DNA from: the human T2T-CHM13v2.0 reference genome, Homo sapiens
Assembly (NCBI RefSeq): GCF_009914755.1
Contig: NC_060943.1
Length of the DNA: 64,000 nt
Direction: 5' to 3' (one strand)
Shown here: positions 1 to 21,061 of the stretch, piece by piece
Position numbering within the stretch: the first letter of the stretch is position 1
How the letters are laid out: each line of letters begins with the position of its first letter
The notes under the pieces: generated by a model
The model's database searches: none
The model's input: only the letters and a program-made list of their open reading frames with translations
Told to the model about the DNA's origin: nothing
Made by a program: the position numbers and the translations under genes

Positions 1-329
1 ATTCTCAGCAAACTAGAAACAGATGGTAACTTTTTTTTTTTTTTTTTTGAGACGGAGTCTTGTTCTGTCACCCAGGCTGGAGTGTAATGACGAAAACATG
101 GCTCACTGCAGCCTCCAACTCCTACACTTAATCAGTCCTCCCACTTCAGCCTCCCAAGTAGCTGGGACCACAGCCGTGTGCCACCATGCCTGGCTAATTT
201 TTGTATTTTTTGTAGAGATGGAGTTTTGCCATGTTGCCCAGGCTGTTCTCACACTCCTGGGCTCAATTGATCCTCCCACCTCAGCTTCCCAAAGTGCTGG
301 GATTACAGGCGTGAGCCACCTTGCCTGCC

Positions 330-535
330 CTACAATTAAGTAAAATATCAAAATACAGAAACATCATTTGTTTCTGTCTACAAGCAACAAGTAATTAGAC
401 AATGAAAAGTCAAAACATTGCCATTTGTAATAGTACCCCACCAAAACAATAAAATACCTAGCAATCTAATGAAAAATGTGCGAAAAATGTGCAAGACTTC
501 TACACTGACAACTGCAAAACACTGTTGGGAAAAGA
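330..535 (+). mobile_element. L1M ORF2 fragment
   Basis: ATAAAATACCTAG...GTGCAAGACTTCTACACTGACAACTGCAAAACACTG. Confidence 0.6.
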
Positions 536-1142
536 GCATATCTTCAAGACCTTGGAGTAAGCAGAGAGGACACAAAAAGTGATCATGTCTTTGAGGCTGA
601 GGTAGGAGGATTGCTTGAGCCCAGGAGTTTGAGGCCAGCTGGGACAAAACAGTGAGACCCCGTCGCTACAAAAAAATTAAAAATTAGCTGGTCATGGTGA
701 TGCATGCCTATAGTCTTAACTACTTGGGAGGCTGAGACAGAATCGCTTGAGCCCAGGAGTTCAAGGCTATGTTTGTGCCACTGCACTCTAGCCTGAGCAA
801 CCCAGTGAGACCCTGTCTCTAAAAAAAATAAAATACTTTTAAAAAGTGGTAACTTCTGGCCCTGCATAGTGGCTCACACCTGTAATCACAGCACTTTGGG
901 AGGCCAAGGTGGGCAGATCACCTGAGGTCAGGATTTTGAGACCAGCCTGGCCAACATGGTGAAACCCCATCTCTACTAAAAATCCAAAAAGTAGCCAGGC
1001 GTGGTGGCATGCTCCTGTAGTCCCAGGAGTACTTATCAATCAAATATACGAAAAAAAATTTGCTTTACACAAAATAAATGAATCTCACAGACATCAAGAT
1101 GAGTGAAAGAATCCCAAGCGGTTGGGATTACCACAGGTGTGA

Positions 1143-1367
<225 letters not shown>

Positions 1368-1505
1368 TAGTAGAGATGGGGTTTCACTGTGTTAGCCAGG
1401 ATGGTCTCGATCTCCTGATCTTGTGTTCCGCCCACCTTGGCCTCCCAAAGTGGTGGGATTACAGGCGTGAGCCACCGTGCCCCACCCTTTTTTTTTTTTT
1501 TTTGA

Positions 1506-1766
<261 letters not shown>

Positions 1767-2433
1767 TAAAGCCACCTGGCTCCCTTTCAATAAACCCAAT
1801 CTTGGTGATTTTTTTTTTTTCTAGAGACAGAGTCTCACTCTGTCACCCAGGTTGGAGTGCAGTGGTGCGGTCATGGCTCACTACAGCCTCCACTCCCTAA
1901 GCTCAAGCCATCCTCCTGCGTCAGCCTCCCGAGCTAGGATCACAGGTGCGTGTCACCATGTCTGGCTAATTTACTTTTTAATTTTGTAGAGACACGGTCT
2001 CACTATGTTGCCCAGGCTGTCCTTGGCGATTCTTATAAGTATTGGTTGGTAGGAAGCTCAAAGGTGGCTGCAAGTTTCACCAGCTCCCTGGGGTATCCTG
2101 ATGGCTATCTCAGAACTGAATGGTGTCAGACAGACTCGTTAGTTGCAGCGTAGATGATCATGGTTCATTATTTTGCACTTTAACAGCAATGTTTCATGAT
2201 AGTGAAATAATTGTAGGTTAAGAGCCAAATTTTAGTTTATAAACTTAGTGTTTCCCTACATATTTTTTGTAACTTGGCTTAAAAATGTTATATGGGGACC
2301 AGGCGTAGTGGCTGGGCTAGGCGCGGTGGCTCACGCCTGTAATCCCAGCACTTTGGGAGGCCAAGGTGGGCGGATCATGAGGTCAGGAGATCGAGACCAT
2401 CCTGGCTAACACGGTGAAACCCCGTCTCTACTA

Positions 2434-2892
<459 letters not shown>

Positions 2893-3233
2893 TTAAAAAA
2901 TTAGCCAGGCATGGCAATGTGCACCTGTAGTCCCAGCTACTTTGGAAGGTGAGGTGAGAAGATTACTTGAGCCCAGGAGGTTGAGGCTGCAGTGAGCCAT
3001 AATCATTCCAGCCTGGGCGACAAAGGAAGACCCTGTCTCTCAAAATAATAATAAATGTTGGCCGGGCGCAGTGGCTCATGCCTGTAATCCCAGCACTTTG
3101 GGAGGCCGAGGCAGGCAGATCACGAGGTCAGGAGATCGAGACCGTCCTGGCTAACACAGTGAAACCCCGTTTCTACTAAAAATACCAAAATTAGCCGGGC
3201 GTGGTTGCAGGCGCCTGTAATCCCAGTTACTCA

Positions 3234-3386
<153 letters not shown>

Positions 3387-4000
3387 TCAGCTTTGCCCCT
3401 AAATGGAAGGCATGAGTGCTCGGCAGCTGTGTAGGTGAGGGTTAAGGTGGGACATGGCAGGCAGTGAGAGAAGATTAGGAGTTTGGACCCTGAGCTGATC
3501 TCTCCCTGTGGAGTGAATGGGGAAGAGAGACTCCTTTCACTGCACACCACTCACACACTGCTCCCTGACCCGGCCAGGAAGCATGTCCCTGCCTTCCACA
3601 CGGAGGCAGCCAGCCATCTCATGAACAGGAGTCTGTTGTGCGTGGTCTTGCCATCCAGCACCTACACTGAACATGAGCTGAGTGGGTGTCCCAGGCCTCC
3701 CTGGGAGGGAATCCAGGCTGCAGCCAGTTCCTCAGGTTGCACAAGTGTTTGGTCACATTGCCACCAGAAACTCAGCCAGTGGCAGCTTTACAATCTCTGT
3801 CTGCTAGTGATTGAAGATTCAGTTGAGGCCGTGCACAGTGGCTCACGCCTGTAATGCCAGCACTTTGGGAAGCCAAGGCAGGTGGACCATTTGAGGTCAG
3901 GAGTTTCAGATCAGCCGGGTGAATATGATGAAACCTCATCTCTACTGAAAATACACAAAAATTAGCCAGACGTGGTGGCACGAGCCTGTAATCCCAGCTA

Positions 4001-4549
<549 letters not shown>

Positions 4550-5418
4550 CTATCACATATAAAAAATATCTGCCAGGTGCGGTGGCTCATGCCTCTAATC
4601 TCAGCACTTTGGGAGGCCAAGATGGGCAGATCACTTGTGGTCAGGAATTCAAGACCAGCCTGCTGGCCAACATGGTGAAACCCTGTACTAAGTACAAAAA
4701 TTAGCTGGGTGTGGTGGTGGGTGCCTGTAATCCCAGCTACTCGCAAGGCTGAGGCAGGAGAATCGCTTGAACCTGAAAGGCAGAGGTTGCAATAAGATGA
4801 GATCACTGCACTCCAGCCTTGGTGACACAGCAAGACTCCATCTCAAAAAATAAGAATAAAAATAAGTAAATAAATAAAATAAAAACATCTCTGATTGGAA
4901 CCATGTAGCAACTTCAGAGCTGGCTTGGAGGACTCTGGCACTGTGTGGAAGGAATGAAGACTCAACACGTTAGGTCCTCCTTCCCACTGTGCCTGGAGGG
5001 AGCCGATAAGCTGCAGGCTGGTTGGCTGGCTGGCTGGCTGTGAGCTCCTTCCAGGCATCAGGATCGCTGCCAAGGACAGCCATTCTGACAGCCACAGTGC
5101 CCTTTTTGTTAGGGCTAATAAATTCCCTCTTGTTTTAGTGACAAGGAGTTGGGGTTATTACATTTTGATAACCAAAGGAAAGTCCACTCACATGGGAAAA
5201 GGGGACAGAGTTCTAGTTTCTTCAACCGGATGGAGCCAAGAAGATTTCTCACGCCCCTTAGCCCTGGCCCCTGATGGGTTTAAGAATCTGAGGGGATGCT
5301 CATAAGTTTCACTGTTCAGAACCCCTCCAAAACATGTTCAACCTAGGCCGGGTACAATGGCTCATGCCTATAATCCCAGAACTTGCAGAGGCCGAGGCAG
5401 GCAGGTCACTTGAGGTCA

Positions 5419-6001
<583 letters not shown>

Positions 6002-6255
6002 TAACAATTCCTGGGAGACACATCTTGTCGGACTAGAGCCTCAATGCGGGCCTTCTGAATGGAGGTGGGACCTGTGGCCAGGTCCACGTATGGGGATCTG
6101 GGAAGGACGGGACCTTTGCTCTGTCAGCTGTGGAATGGACAAGAGCTACCCTTGACTTTCAGTATAGCACTTGAGCCCAGGAGGTCCAGGCTGCAGTAAG
6201 CCATGATTGCAGGACTATACTCCAGCATGGGTGACACAGTGAGACCCCGTCTCTA

Positions 6256-6741
<486 letters not shown>

Positions 6742-6808
6742 TCACAGCTAGTAACTGGTGGGTGTAGTCTCTAGGTGGCCCCTAGTCCCTTGAGTAGCTC
6801 ACCCTCCA

Positions 6809-6811
<3 letters not shown>

Positions 6812-6846
<35 letters not shown>
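6812..6846. repeat. (CA)n microsatellite (~17 units)
   Basis: Read directly from the sequence. Confidence 0.97.
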
Positions 6847-6847
<1 letters not shown>

Positions 6848-7475
6848 CTAGACACTGTCGCTTCACCAAGCCTCCGAGAGCCCTCAGGAAGCCCTGCAGC
6901 AGCTCCTCCTACCTGTACCTTAGGTTTCTCCGTCTCCACACCACCCCAGCAGCCTGTTACTCAGGACCTTGCAGACGGTAAAATCAACAACGTGGTACCA
7001 GACCTCCTGTCCTGGCTGCAGTGGAAGGGGCCTGGACTCCTGGGGTCCAGTCTACCCATCAGAGATCTCCCAGGCTCCTGGCCAGCCCCAGACCACGAGG
7101 ACAATGCAAGGTGACCATAGCTTACTGCAGCCTCAACCTCCTGGGCTCAACGCACCCCACCGTATAGGCGGTGTGAGATAAAAGCAGATTATTCTGCCTG
7201 ACAAGGGCCTCTTGGCCACAGCACAGCTGTTTCCAGCCAGTGGGGGCTGGGGCAGAGAGGGCACAACAAGGTCCTCACAGAGTTACGCACAGGGGAGAGA
7301 AGGGGAGGGGAACTTCTTCAGGGAAGCAGTCTGGAGACTGAGGGGGAGGGGTCCCCTTCCACACTTAACCCATGCTGTCCTCAGCCCTATTCTTCCTGGG
7401 CTATGCCACCTAAGCCACTGGCCTGGCCTCACCCCAGACTCTCTATACCCAGCAGATGCAGCCAGTTGGCTCTGT

Positions 7476-8019
7476 GCCCAAAATGTCTAGCCAGCCCTCT
7501 TCAGACCTGGAATGCAGCTACCCTTCCTGGGGCTCACCGCCCATCTCACAGCTTTCACATCCTGCCCGAGGGAGACCAGGAAGGTAAAATAGAAAAGTTA
7601 CTCTTGGCCAGGTAAGGTGGCTCACATCTGTAATCTTGGCACTTTGGGAGGCTGAGGTGGGAGGATCACCTGAGGCTAGGAGTTGAAGACCAACCTGGGC
7701 AACAAAGTGAGACTCCATCTCTACAAAAAGTTTCAAAAATTAGCTAGTCATGGTGGCACCCACTTGTAGTCCCAGTTACTGGGGAGGCTGAGGCAGGAGG
7801 ATTGCTTGAGCCCAGCAGTTCAAGGCTGCTGTGAGCTATGATTGTGCCACTGCACTCCTACTGGACAACAGAGTGAGACCCTGTCGTAAAAAAAAAAAAA
7901 AAAAAAAAGTGACTGTCTGCAAACAACCCCATTACCCCCTCCACCACCAAGAGCACTTGGCTGTGAAAACCCCTTTCCTGAAGGCTTTAAGATATTCCCA
8001 CTGAAACTAACATGTAAAA
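7476..8019 (+). repeat. Left arm of a local inverted duplication
   Basis: Reverse complement of 10436-~10996, including non-Alu flanks on both sides of an AluJ. Confidence 0.9.
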
Positions 8020-8165
8020 CCCAGCCTAGAAGCCCTGACTTTTATTTCCATAAAGAATGCACAAGCCAACAGTAATAACTTTGGCTACCTAAGAAAATCA
8101 GTTCTGGAATCCCCGAGGGGCCCTGTAAGTGGGATGTTCTGATTCTGCAGCTTTTCTGACAATAG

Positions 8166-9048
<883 letters not shown>

Positions 9049-9285
9049 TAACTCTGCCTCTATCCAGATGCACAGGGGGCCAGATGCATTCCGGAGTGAC
9101 CCCTGTTTCCTGGTCTTGACCTTCTTGGCCTCCTAAACAGCAAATTACAGGTATAGGTCTGGTGGTCTCTAAGGCACCATCTCATGCCTGTGTGGATGCT
9201 GAGGGTCCAGTTCACAGACCTTTCTGCAGAGCTGGAAGGCCGTAGCTACCATTCCTGAAGATGAGGGCCTGGCCTCCATCTTTAG

Positions 9286-9824
<539 letters not shown>

Positions 9825-9827
9825 TGA

Positions 9828-10016
<189 letters not shown>

Positions 10017-10435
10017 TGAAATAAAGAGGTGGCATGACATGACGAGTGCCTCAAACCTGTGTAGTGGGTACATTTTTTTCCCTCCTTCTCCATATGTATG
10101 TGTATTTGATGAATTAAAATAAATAATTTGAACCTGCAGGGCATGGGTATAATAACTGCAGATGGACTCACAAAACAGAAGGTGATATGTCCACAATACA
10201 AAATGCTCTCAGGTAAGCTTGAGAGGTTCAAGGCCATCTGGTCCCCAAAGCACCACAAAGGCCACCAAAAGGGCCCCAAGGTTGACAATGTTCACACTGA
10301 TCTCAGAACTGCATATATAGCTGAGTGGTTCTCCATGACTCCTGGCCCACGGAAGGGGCCAAAATGGTGTGAGCATAAGCGGTTTCTGGCACATTACTCT
10401 GGGGCCATGAGGTTCGGGGTAAAGTGAGCCGCAGC

Positions 10436-10996
10436 TTTTACATGTTAGTTTCAGTGGGAATGTCTGAAAGAAGAGCCTTCAGGAAAGGGGTTTTCATAGT
10501 CAAGTGCTCCTGGTGGTAGAGTGGGCAATGGGGTTGTTTGCAGAGAGTCACTTTTTTTTTTTTTTGAGACAGGATCTCACTCTGTTCCCCAGCAGGAGTG
10601 CAGTGGCACAATCATAGCTCACAGCAGCCTTGAACTGCCGGGCTCAAGTCATCCTCCTCCCTCAGCCTCCCCAGTAACTGGGACTACAAGTGGGCGCCAC
10701 CATGCCCAGCTAATTTTTGAAATTTTTTGTAGAGCTGGAGTCTCACTTTGTTGCCCAGGTTGGTCTTCAACTCCTAGCCTCAAGTGATCCTCTCACCTCA
10801 GCCTCCCAAAGTGCTGGAATTACAAGTGTGAGTCACCGCACTCCCCTGGGAGCAAATTTTAGCTTTCCTGGTCTCCCTTGTGCAGGATGTGAAAGCTGTG
10901 AGATAGGCTGTAAGCCCCAGGAAGGGTAGCTGCATTCCAGAGTCTGCAGGATTTGGGAACAGGCGTGGACATGGCTGGCCAGACACACGTGGGCAG
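10436..10996 (-). repeat. Right arm of a local inverted duplication
   Basis: TTTTACATGTTAGTTTCAGTGGGAATGTCT...CCCCAGGAAGGGTAGCTGCATTCCAG is the reverse complement of the left arm. Confidence 0.9.
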
Positions 10997-12026
10997 GTGT
11001 GTCAGAGTCTGCCCCATGGGGAAAGGGCCAATTTAACATCTCATTTGTGACTGGTTGCGGTGGCTCACGCCTGTAATCTCACCACTTTGAGAGACCGGGC
11101 TGGCAGACCACTTGAGCTCAGGAGTTCAAGACTAGCCTTGGCAACATGGCGAAATCCTGTCTCTACAAAAAATACAAAAACTAGCCTGGCATGGTGGTGC
11201 ATGCCCATAGTCCCAGCTACTTTGGAGGCCGAGGTGAGAGGATGGCTTGAGCTCAGGAGGTGGAGGTTGCAGTGAGCCAAGATCATGCTACTGTACTCCA
11301 GTCTGGGTGACAGAGCCAGACCCTGTCTCAAACCAACCAACCAACCCATCTGGTGTTTACCAAGTGCATCCAGGTATGGTCACTGATGGATTCTATGGCA
11401 AGGTCCAGTGGCCCCTGGGGCCTGTAGCAAGAGCTAGGAGGACCTCTGAATAACAGATGGGCTTATCTGAGACTGTAGGAGCTACAACTGGCACACTCAA
11501 AAGCCAGCCGCTGGCCAGCACTTTGGGAGGCTGAGGTGGGAGGATCACTCTTGAGCCCAGGAGTTCAAAACCAGCCTAGGCAACATGGTAAGGGGCCGTC
11601 TCCACCAAACAAACAAACGACAAAACTTGCCACCATCATTCCTAGCTCCTTTTCCAGCCTACAAAAGCAAGAGGACACTAGCACCCAGGCACACTTCCTC
11701 CAAGCCAGCTGTCCTCTTCCCTCTTACAACTCTCCTCCTGTGGCTCGGGTCCTACAGCCCAGCCCCTCATCTCAGGAACACTCTTGCCCTACTCTCCGTT
11801 ACTCAACCTTCTGAAGAATCATTGCTCCACCTTCTTCCCTTTCACCTAAAAGCTACTGGACAAGTCCCTTAGTAGAAAGGAGATGTCTACAGGCCAGCAC
11901 GATGGCTCACGCCTGTAATCCCTGCACTTTGGGAAGCTGAGCAGGGCAGATCACCTGAGGTCAGGAGTTCGAGACCAGCCTTGCCAACATGATGAAACCC
12001 CGTCTCTACTAAAAATACAAAAATTA

Positions 12027-12206
<180 letters not shown>

Positions 12207-13095
12207 CTATAGTTGTCAACCTGCAGTGAATCCTCAGTACTACTGGGAAATTCTACCATGTTTCTTTTGTCCACTCACCTTTGTGCTTCCAGACCTTTCC
12301 CACTCCCCTCACTCTTTGCTGCAGTCTAAGGTAAACCTACCTCCAAGCATTTTATTTATGGATTTATGTATTTTGAGACAGAGTCTCGCTCTGTCACCCA
12401 GGCTGGAGTGCAGTGGTGCAATCATGGCTCACTGCAACTTTGAACTCCCCGGGCTCAAGTGATCCTCTCACTCCAGCTTCCTAAGTAGCTGGGACTACAG
12501 GTGTATGCCAATGTGCCTAGTTAATTTTTGTATTTTTTGTAGAGACAGGGTTTCACTATGTTGCCCAGGCTGATCTCAAACTCCTAGGCTCAAGCAATGA
12601 GCCCACCTTGGCCTTCCAAAGTGTTGGGATTACTACTGTGAGCCACCAGGCCCGATCCCACCAAGCATTTTAGATCCCCTCCTTCAAGCCTTTTCAGAAC
12701 CTTCACAAGAAGAACCAGATCATCTCTCTCCTATATCCTCAGCCACTTTCAACCAGATCTTCCTCTTTGACCTTAAAACATGTTTAAGTCTCTTCTACCT
12801 TAAAAAAGCAACCACCAAGGCCAGGTGCAGTGGCTCACACCTGTAATCCCAGCACTTTGGGAGGCCGAGGCGGTGGATCACTTGAGGCCACGAATTCGAG
12901 GCCAGCCTGGCCAGCATGGTGAAACCCCGTCTCTACTAAAAATACACAAATTAGCTGGGCATGGTGGTGCGTGCCTGTAATTCCAGCTACTCGGGAGGCT
13001 GAGACAGGAGAATTGCTTAAAACTGGGAGGGAGGCCGGGCACAGTGTCTCACACCTGCAATCTCAGCACTTTGGGAGGCCGAGGCGGGCGGATCA

Positions 13096-13356
<261 letters not shown>

Positions 13357-13399
13357 CTACACTGACATCTCCAGCACATACCTCTCTTCTAAGCTCCAG

Positions 13400-14006
<607 letters not shown>

Positions 14007-14124
14007 TAGCCAGGATGGTCTCGATCTCCTGACCTCATGATCCGCCCACCTCGGCCTCCCAAAGTGTTGGGATTACAGGCGTGAACCACTGCACCCGGCC
14101 TCTTTTTTTTTTTTTTTGAGATAG

Positions 14125-14735
<611 letters not shown>

Positions 14736-15007
14736 TGAACCCATTCACCCGTGGATGGACATTGGGTTGCTTCCACCTTCTGACTAATATGAACATGGGT
14801 GTACACATTTATATCCACTCTTGCCTCCCCTCCGTAGTCCTTCCTTCTCCACACTGCATCTAGAGTAACCCCTTTACACTCTCAAGTATGGACAAATCAC
14901 CTCTTGCTTAAAACTCATTAGTTTTGCAACACTGTCAAGTAAGACCTAACTTCTCACCACTCTGATTTATTATTGGAACACAAAACTGGGCCATGCTCCG
15001 TGGCTCA

Positions 15008-15412
<405 letters not shown>

Positions 15413-15639
15413 TTACTAGGTCAGGGTACTCTCTCCCTCCCTCTTACTCTTTCCCCTCCTACCACTTGTCACCATTGGTACTATATTATCACCCGGATAT
15501 GTGACAATGGTATTGTGTATTTACCACTAAGGAATAAACTTATGAGGGAGAGAGCACTACCCGTTCCTGCAGTGCCCGTCGGGGCCTGGCATCTAGGAAA
15601 CACTCCATACGCCAGTAATCGATTTCAGTCAATTTCAGT

Positions 15640-16650
15640 AATAAATCCAGGAGGACGCAGCCCGACCCCTCCCGCCCGGGGGCCAAGCCATGGTGGGGGA
15701 TCTGGGTGGACCTCCGGCTCTGGCCGCCAGTCCTCAACCTCCGCCCCGGCCGTCCCGCTTGGGGGCCCAGGGTCCCAGGAGAGGAGGCTCCGGGGCGCCC
15801 CCTCCCCTCTAATGCGAGAGGAGAGTCCGCTCTAGGCGCGGGATCCGCAACCTCCCCGCGTCCGCCCGAGGCGGGGGCGGGGCCGGACCGGAGACGTAAC
15901 TTCCGGTGTACACAGCCGGTCCAAGGCGGTGCGCTGGGGGCCGGGGCGCGTCGCAGGTGAGGAGCGGGCGCGGCGGGCGCAGGCGGGGGCTGGCGGGCGG
16001 GGTCGGGCGGTGGGCGGTGGGCAGCGGGGCCGCGGGCCGCAGCCAGGGCAGACGGCGAGACGGGCCCGCGGGGCGCCGCTCCGCTCGGGGCCGCAGGGCG
16101 CGGGGCCGTGGGCTCCCGCCCCTTGCCCGCCCGCTGTGGAGGACGCCGGGCTTTGCGGGCGCTGGCCGGCCGACGGAAGCCCGGAGGGGCCTCCTGGCGC
16201 GAACCCGGGACCTGGGGGCGCGTCGGAGACTCGGCGGCCGCGGCACCGCAGGGGCGGGTCGGCGCCCGTCAGGCGGGGAAAGGGGACGCTCCCTCGGTTC
16301 GCCGGGGCCCGGGAGGTCGCGCTGGCGCCAGGACCCGCTCCCGGAAGCCCGCGGAGGGAGGGCGGCCTGCTGGCGGCAGGGGTCCGCTGGGGCTAGCCGG
16401 GGAGGCGGCCCTCACGCCATCCCGGGGCTGCCGGGCGGGCTGCGCGCACCTTCCCGGCGGCGCCAGGCTGCCGAGGAACGCGCTTTTCCGGCCCTGCGGA
16501 GCCAGCTGGCGCATTGGGCCCGAGGGAGGGTCCGCGGGGACCGGGAGGGCCGGGGCTGAGCGTGGAGGACCCGAGCCCGAGGGACGAGCGCAGAGTCAGG
16601 GGTGTGTCTTTCTGCGCCGCGCGGTGCGAGGAAAGAAGCGTGCCTGGTTG
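15640..16650. promoter_or_regulatory. CpG island / TATA-less promoter of GARRE1
   Basis: About 1 kb of very high GC with undepleted CpG. Motifs: GC box GGGGCGGGG (15874-15882), ETS site ACTTCCGG (15899-15906), overlapping CRE-like GACGTAA (15893-15899). Confidence 0.92.
15896..15956 (+). other. GARRE1: GARRE1 non-coding exon 1 (5' end approximate)
   Basis: Donor CAG|GTGAGG at 15956/15957 inside the CpG island, just downstream of GC-box and ETS motifs. The TSS position is inferred. Confidence 0.75.
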
Positions 16651-17246
16651 GCATGATAAGAATTTTGTTTAGACTTTTTAGAAATTTTCCAGAGACTCAG
16701 CTTTGGGGGCCTCCAGTTTGAAAATACCTTGTTCTGGTCCCTCATCCCCATTATAAAAGCAGTTAATTCTCCTTTCCTGGCAAAACACTCAAGACGACAC
16801 AAAAAGTCTTAAGGTAGAAAATGACAGTCATCTGCCAGTCTACCATTCAGTGACAACCACTGCTAACATTTTGGTGATAATCAATAAATACAGATAGGTA
16901 TTGTTATTTTTATGGACTTTACAGTATGTGATTTAACCACCGATGAGCATTGAGATAGTTTCCAATTTGTCACAAGATAAACAATTCTGCCGGAAGGATT
17001 TGTTTGATGTGGTCTTTTTTTTTTTTTTTAATAAGAGACTGTTGCCCAGGCTGGTCTCAAAACTTCTGGCCTCAAGCGACCCTCACGCCTTCGCCTTCCA
17101 AAGTGTTGGGATTACAAGTGTGAGATATTACACCTGGTCTGATTGTTATCTTAGAATAAATTTACAAATGGGGTCAAAGGTAACTTTGTTTTTTTTTGAG
17201 ACAGTCTCCCTCTGTCACCCAGGCTGGAGTGCAGTGGCGGGATCTA

Positions 17247-17888
<642 letters not shown>

Positions 17889-18639
17889 TCATCGTTTCAT
17901 GGTTTTATTTTTTTGCCTTTAGTCTACCTAAAATTCATTCTTGGTTTAAAATATGAAATATTTTGTAAATGGCTAGTCAGTTCCAGATTTATTGAATAAT
18001 ATGTAAGCTTTATCATTTTATCATATTTTAGACTAAAAGTTCTAAGTGTATGTTTGTAAGGGCTACTTACAAAGTTCATATTTACATTTTGTGTGTGCTT
18101 AGATGTTTTCAAGTGTCTTTAAAAATCACAGTATTTTCTTTTCACAGTATCTTCACAATATTTTGTTTTAAAAAGAAATCATTTTCCAATACAAGTACAG
18201 GGAATATTTCATGTTTGAGATTTTTTTTTTCTTTTTAAAGCAAAAAGTTTAGTTTATTGCCGTTTCATTTGCTTTCTTGCTGACAAGATAACAAACTCCA
18301 TATGAAGAGTTCAGGTTTGTTGTGGCAACTTTTCAGTGTGGCATTTGAGATTCTAATCTTCCTCTATTTTTGCACACAAATACGTAGGTTGGCATTGGAG
18401 ACCAAGATAGAAAAGTTCTCAGATTCCCTTGGCAAGCCTAGATTTTTCAATCTAAAATTATCTCCAGATGTTTGGAAGACCATGTTTTAAGCATCCTTTT
18501 TTTTTTTTTTTAAGCAAATTGCACATGATTCTGTGAAAATTTTAGTAAATGTTTGTTCTGTTGAAAACCTATAGCCTAATACATCAGGATCCATGTGTCA
18601 AGTGGGTCTTCCAAGTCTATAGGAAATAATTGTTTCTGA

Positions 18640-18864
<225 letters not shown>

Positions 18865-19168
18865 TAACTTTGTCCTTAGTGAAAAATGATGATCTTCCTA
18901 GGTAGGCAAAAAAATGTTGGTTTAGATAAGGAATTGATTTGTTTTGGAGTTATTGAAAAGCAGGTTGCCGTTTTCTCTGAAGTGTAAGTTCACAGAGAGC
19001 CTGAATGTTGTGTTTGGATTAAGGAAAAACAGCAACAGGTTGTGCTTGTGCTTCAAATGTCTTTAACTCTACTGAAACTGCCCTCTTGAGGGTCCCCTAA
19101 CTGATGCATGCAGTGGCCATTGCTTAATTATTTTCCTTGACTTTGATCTCAGGTATTTGGCATGGTGA

Positions 19169-19477
<309 letters not shown>

Positions 19478-19953
19478 TGAGACACCACGCTTGGCCTTGA
19501 TTGGCCTTCTTGACTTGGAACTAGTGTGGTCATTTCCTGAAATCTGTGACTGCACTTTCTCATTTGTCTTTACTGCTTCTCTTCATACATCTACCTTGGG
19601 GCATTTTCTGAAGCCTAGTTTTGTACCTCTTACCCCCGCTCCAAAACATATTCCTTCCCACTTATCCAGTATATGAGTCCTGGGTAGAGAACCACCTCAT
19701 TTCCTTACCTCTGCCACCACTTAGTGACCCCCGACTCAGAGTTTTCTGCAGGTCAATTCTTTTTCTCCTGTTCAGTAACCCCTGGACATGTTCCTGAGGC
19801 CATGCTTTCTCCAGGTGAAGAAAATATCACTTCTGGCCGGGCGCAGTGGCTCACGCCTGTAATCCCAGCACTTTGGGAGGCCGAGGTGAGCGGATCACGA
19901 GGTCAGGAGACCGAGACCATCTTGGCTAACATGGTGAAACCCCATCTCTACTA

Positions 19954-20184
<231 letters not shown>

Positions 20185-21061
20185 TCAGGAGTTGGAGACC
20201 AGCCTGGGCAACATAGTGAGACCTCTGTCTCTTAAAAAAATGAATTTTAGGTCTGGCACAGGGGCTCATGCCTGTGATCCCAGAAGTTTGGGAGGCCAAG
20301 GTGGGAGGATTGCTTGAGATCAGCCTAGGCAACATAGTGAGACTCCAAAATTATCTAGGTGTGGTGGTCCATGCCTATAATTCCAGCTACTTGGGAGGCT
20401 GAGGCCGGAGGATTGCTTGAGCCTAGGAGGTTAAGGATTCAGTGAACTGTGATTGTGCCACTGCACTCCAGCCCAAGCAACAGAGCGAGACCCTGTCTCA
20501 AAATAAATAAGTAAATAAATAAATAAATAAATATCACTTATCAAGGTGTCCTGTCCTTCCTGACTCTTAAGGTTCTTACCAGCCGGTGAATCACATCTTC
20601 CTTCTTGATATGGATTGTATTTGCCATTTGCTTTCTATCCCTACACCTCGATTTAGACTTTGTACCTTTTCTTAAGGGATTTCAGGCTTAACGTGGTCCT
20701 ACTCTGGATGTGAAAGAGGAGACCCAGTGAATTTACTCAAGAATTGAGTTAGCTCACATTTATGGAGTACCTACAGTACAGCCCAGTTACTTTACTGGAA
20801 GATCAGAATACAGAGCTGGACAGCACATCCTGGGAAGAATGCCAAATAAGCAATTGTCATAAAGTATTATAAGTGCCTAGAAGGGGAGTCACCAAGTAAC
20901 CTCTCCCAGGTTTCAGAGATCTTGCGTGTCTTATTTACTGCTTTGATCTCCAGGGCCTAGAACACAGTGCGTGGAAATGATGAAGTTTTTTTTTTTTGTT
21001 TGTTTGTTTGTTTTGTATTTCATTCAGTTTAATGAGGGGACATGAGGAGCCAGGGGCAGAA

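Noticed and set aside
10128-10427. 99-aa non-repeat ORF in the spacer of the inverted duplication
   Set aside because: TTG start, no recognisable homology and no supporting gene structure.
15515-16656. Long overlapping Arg/Gly/Pro-rich ORFs on both strands
   Set aside because: Artefact of stop-codon scarcity in the CpG island; mostly non-ATG starts and they cross the exon 1 donor.
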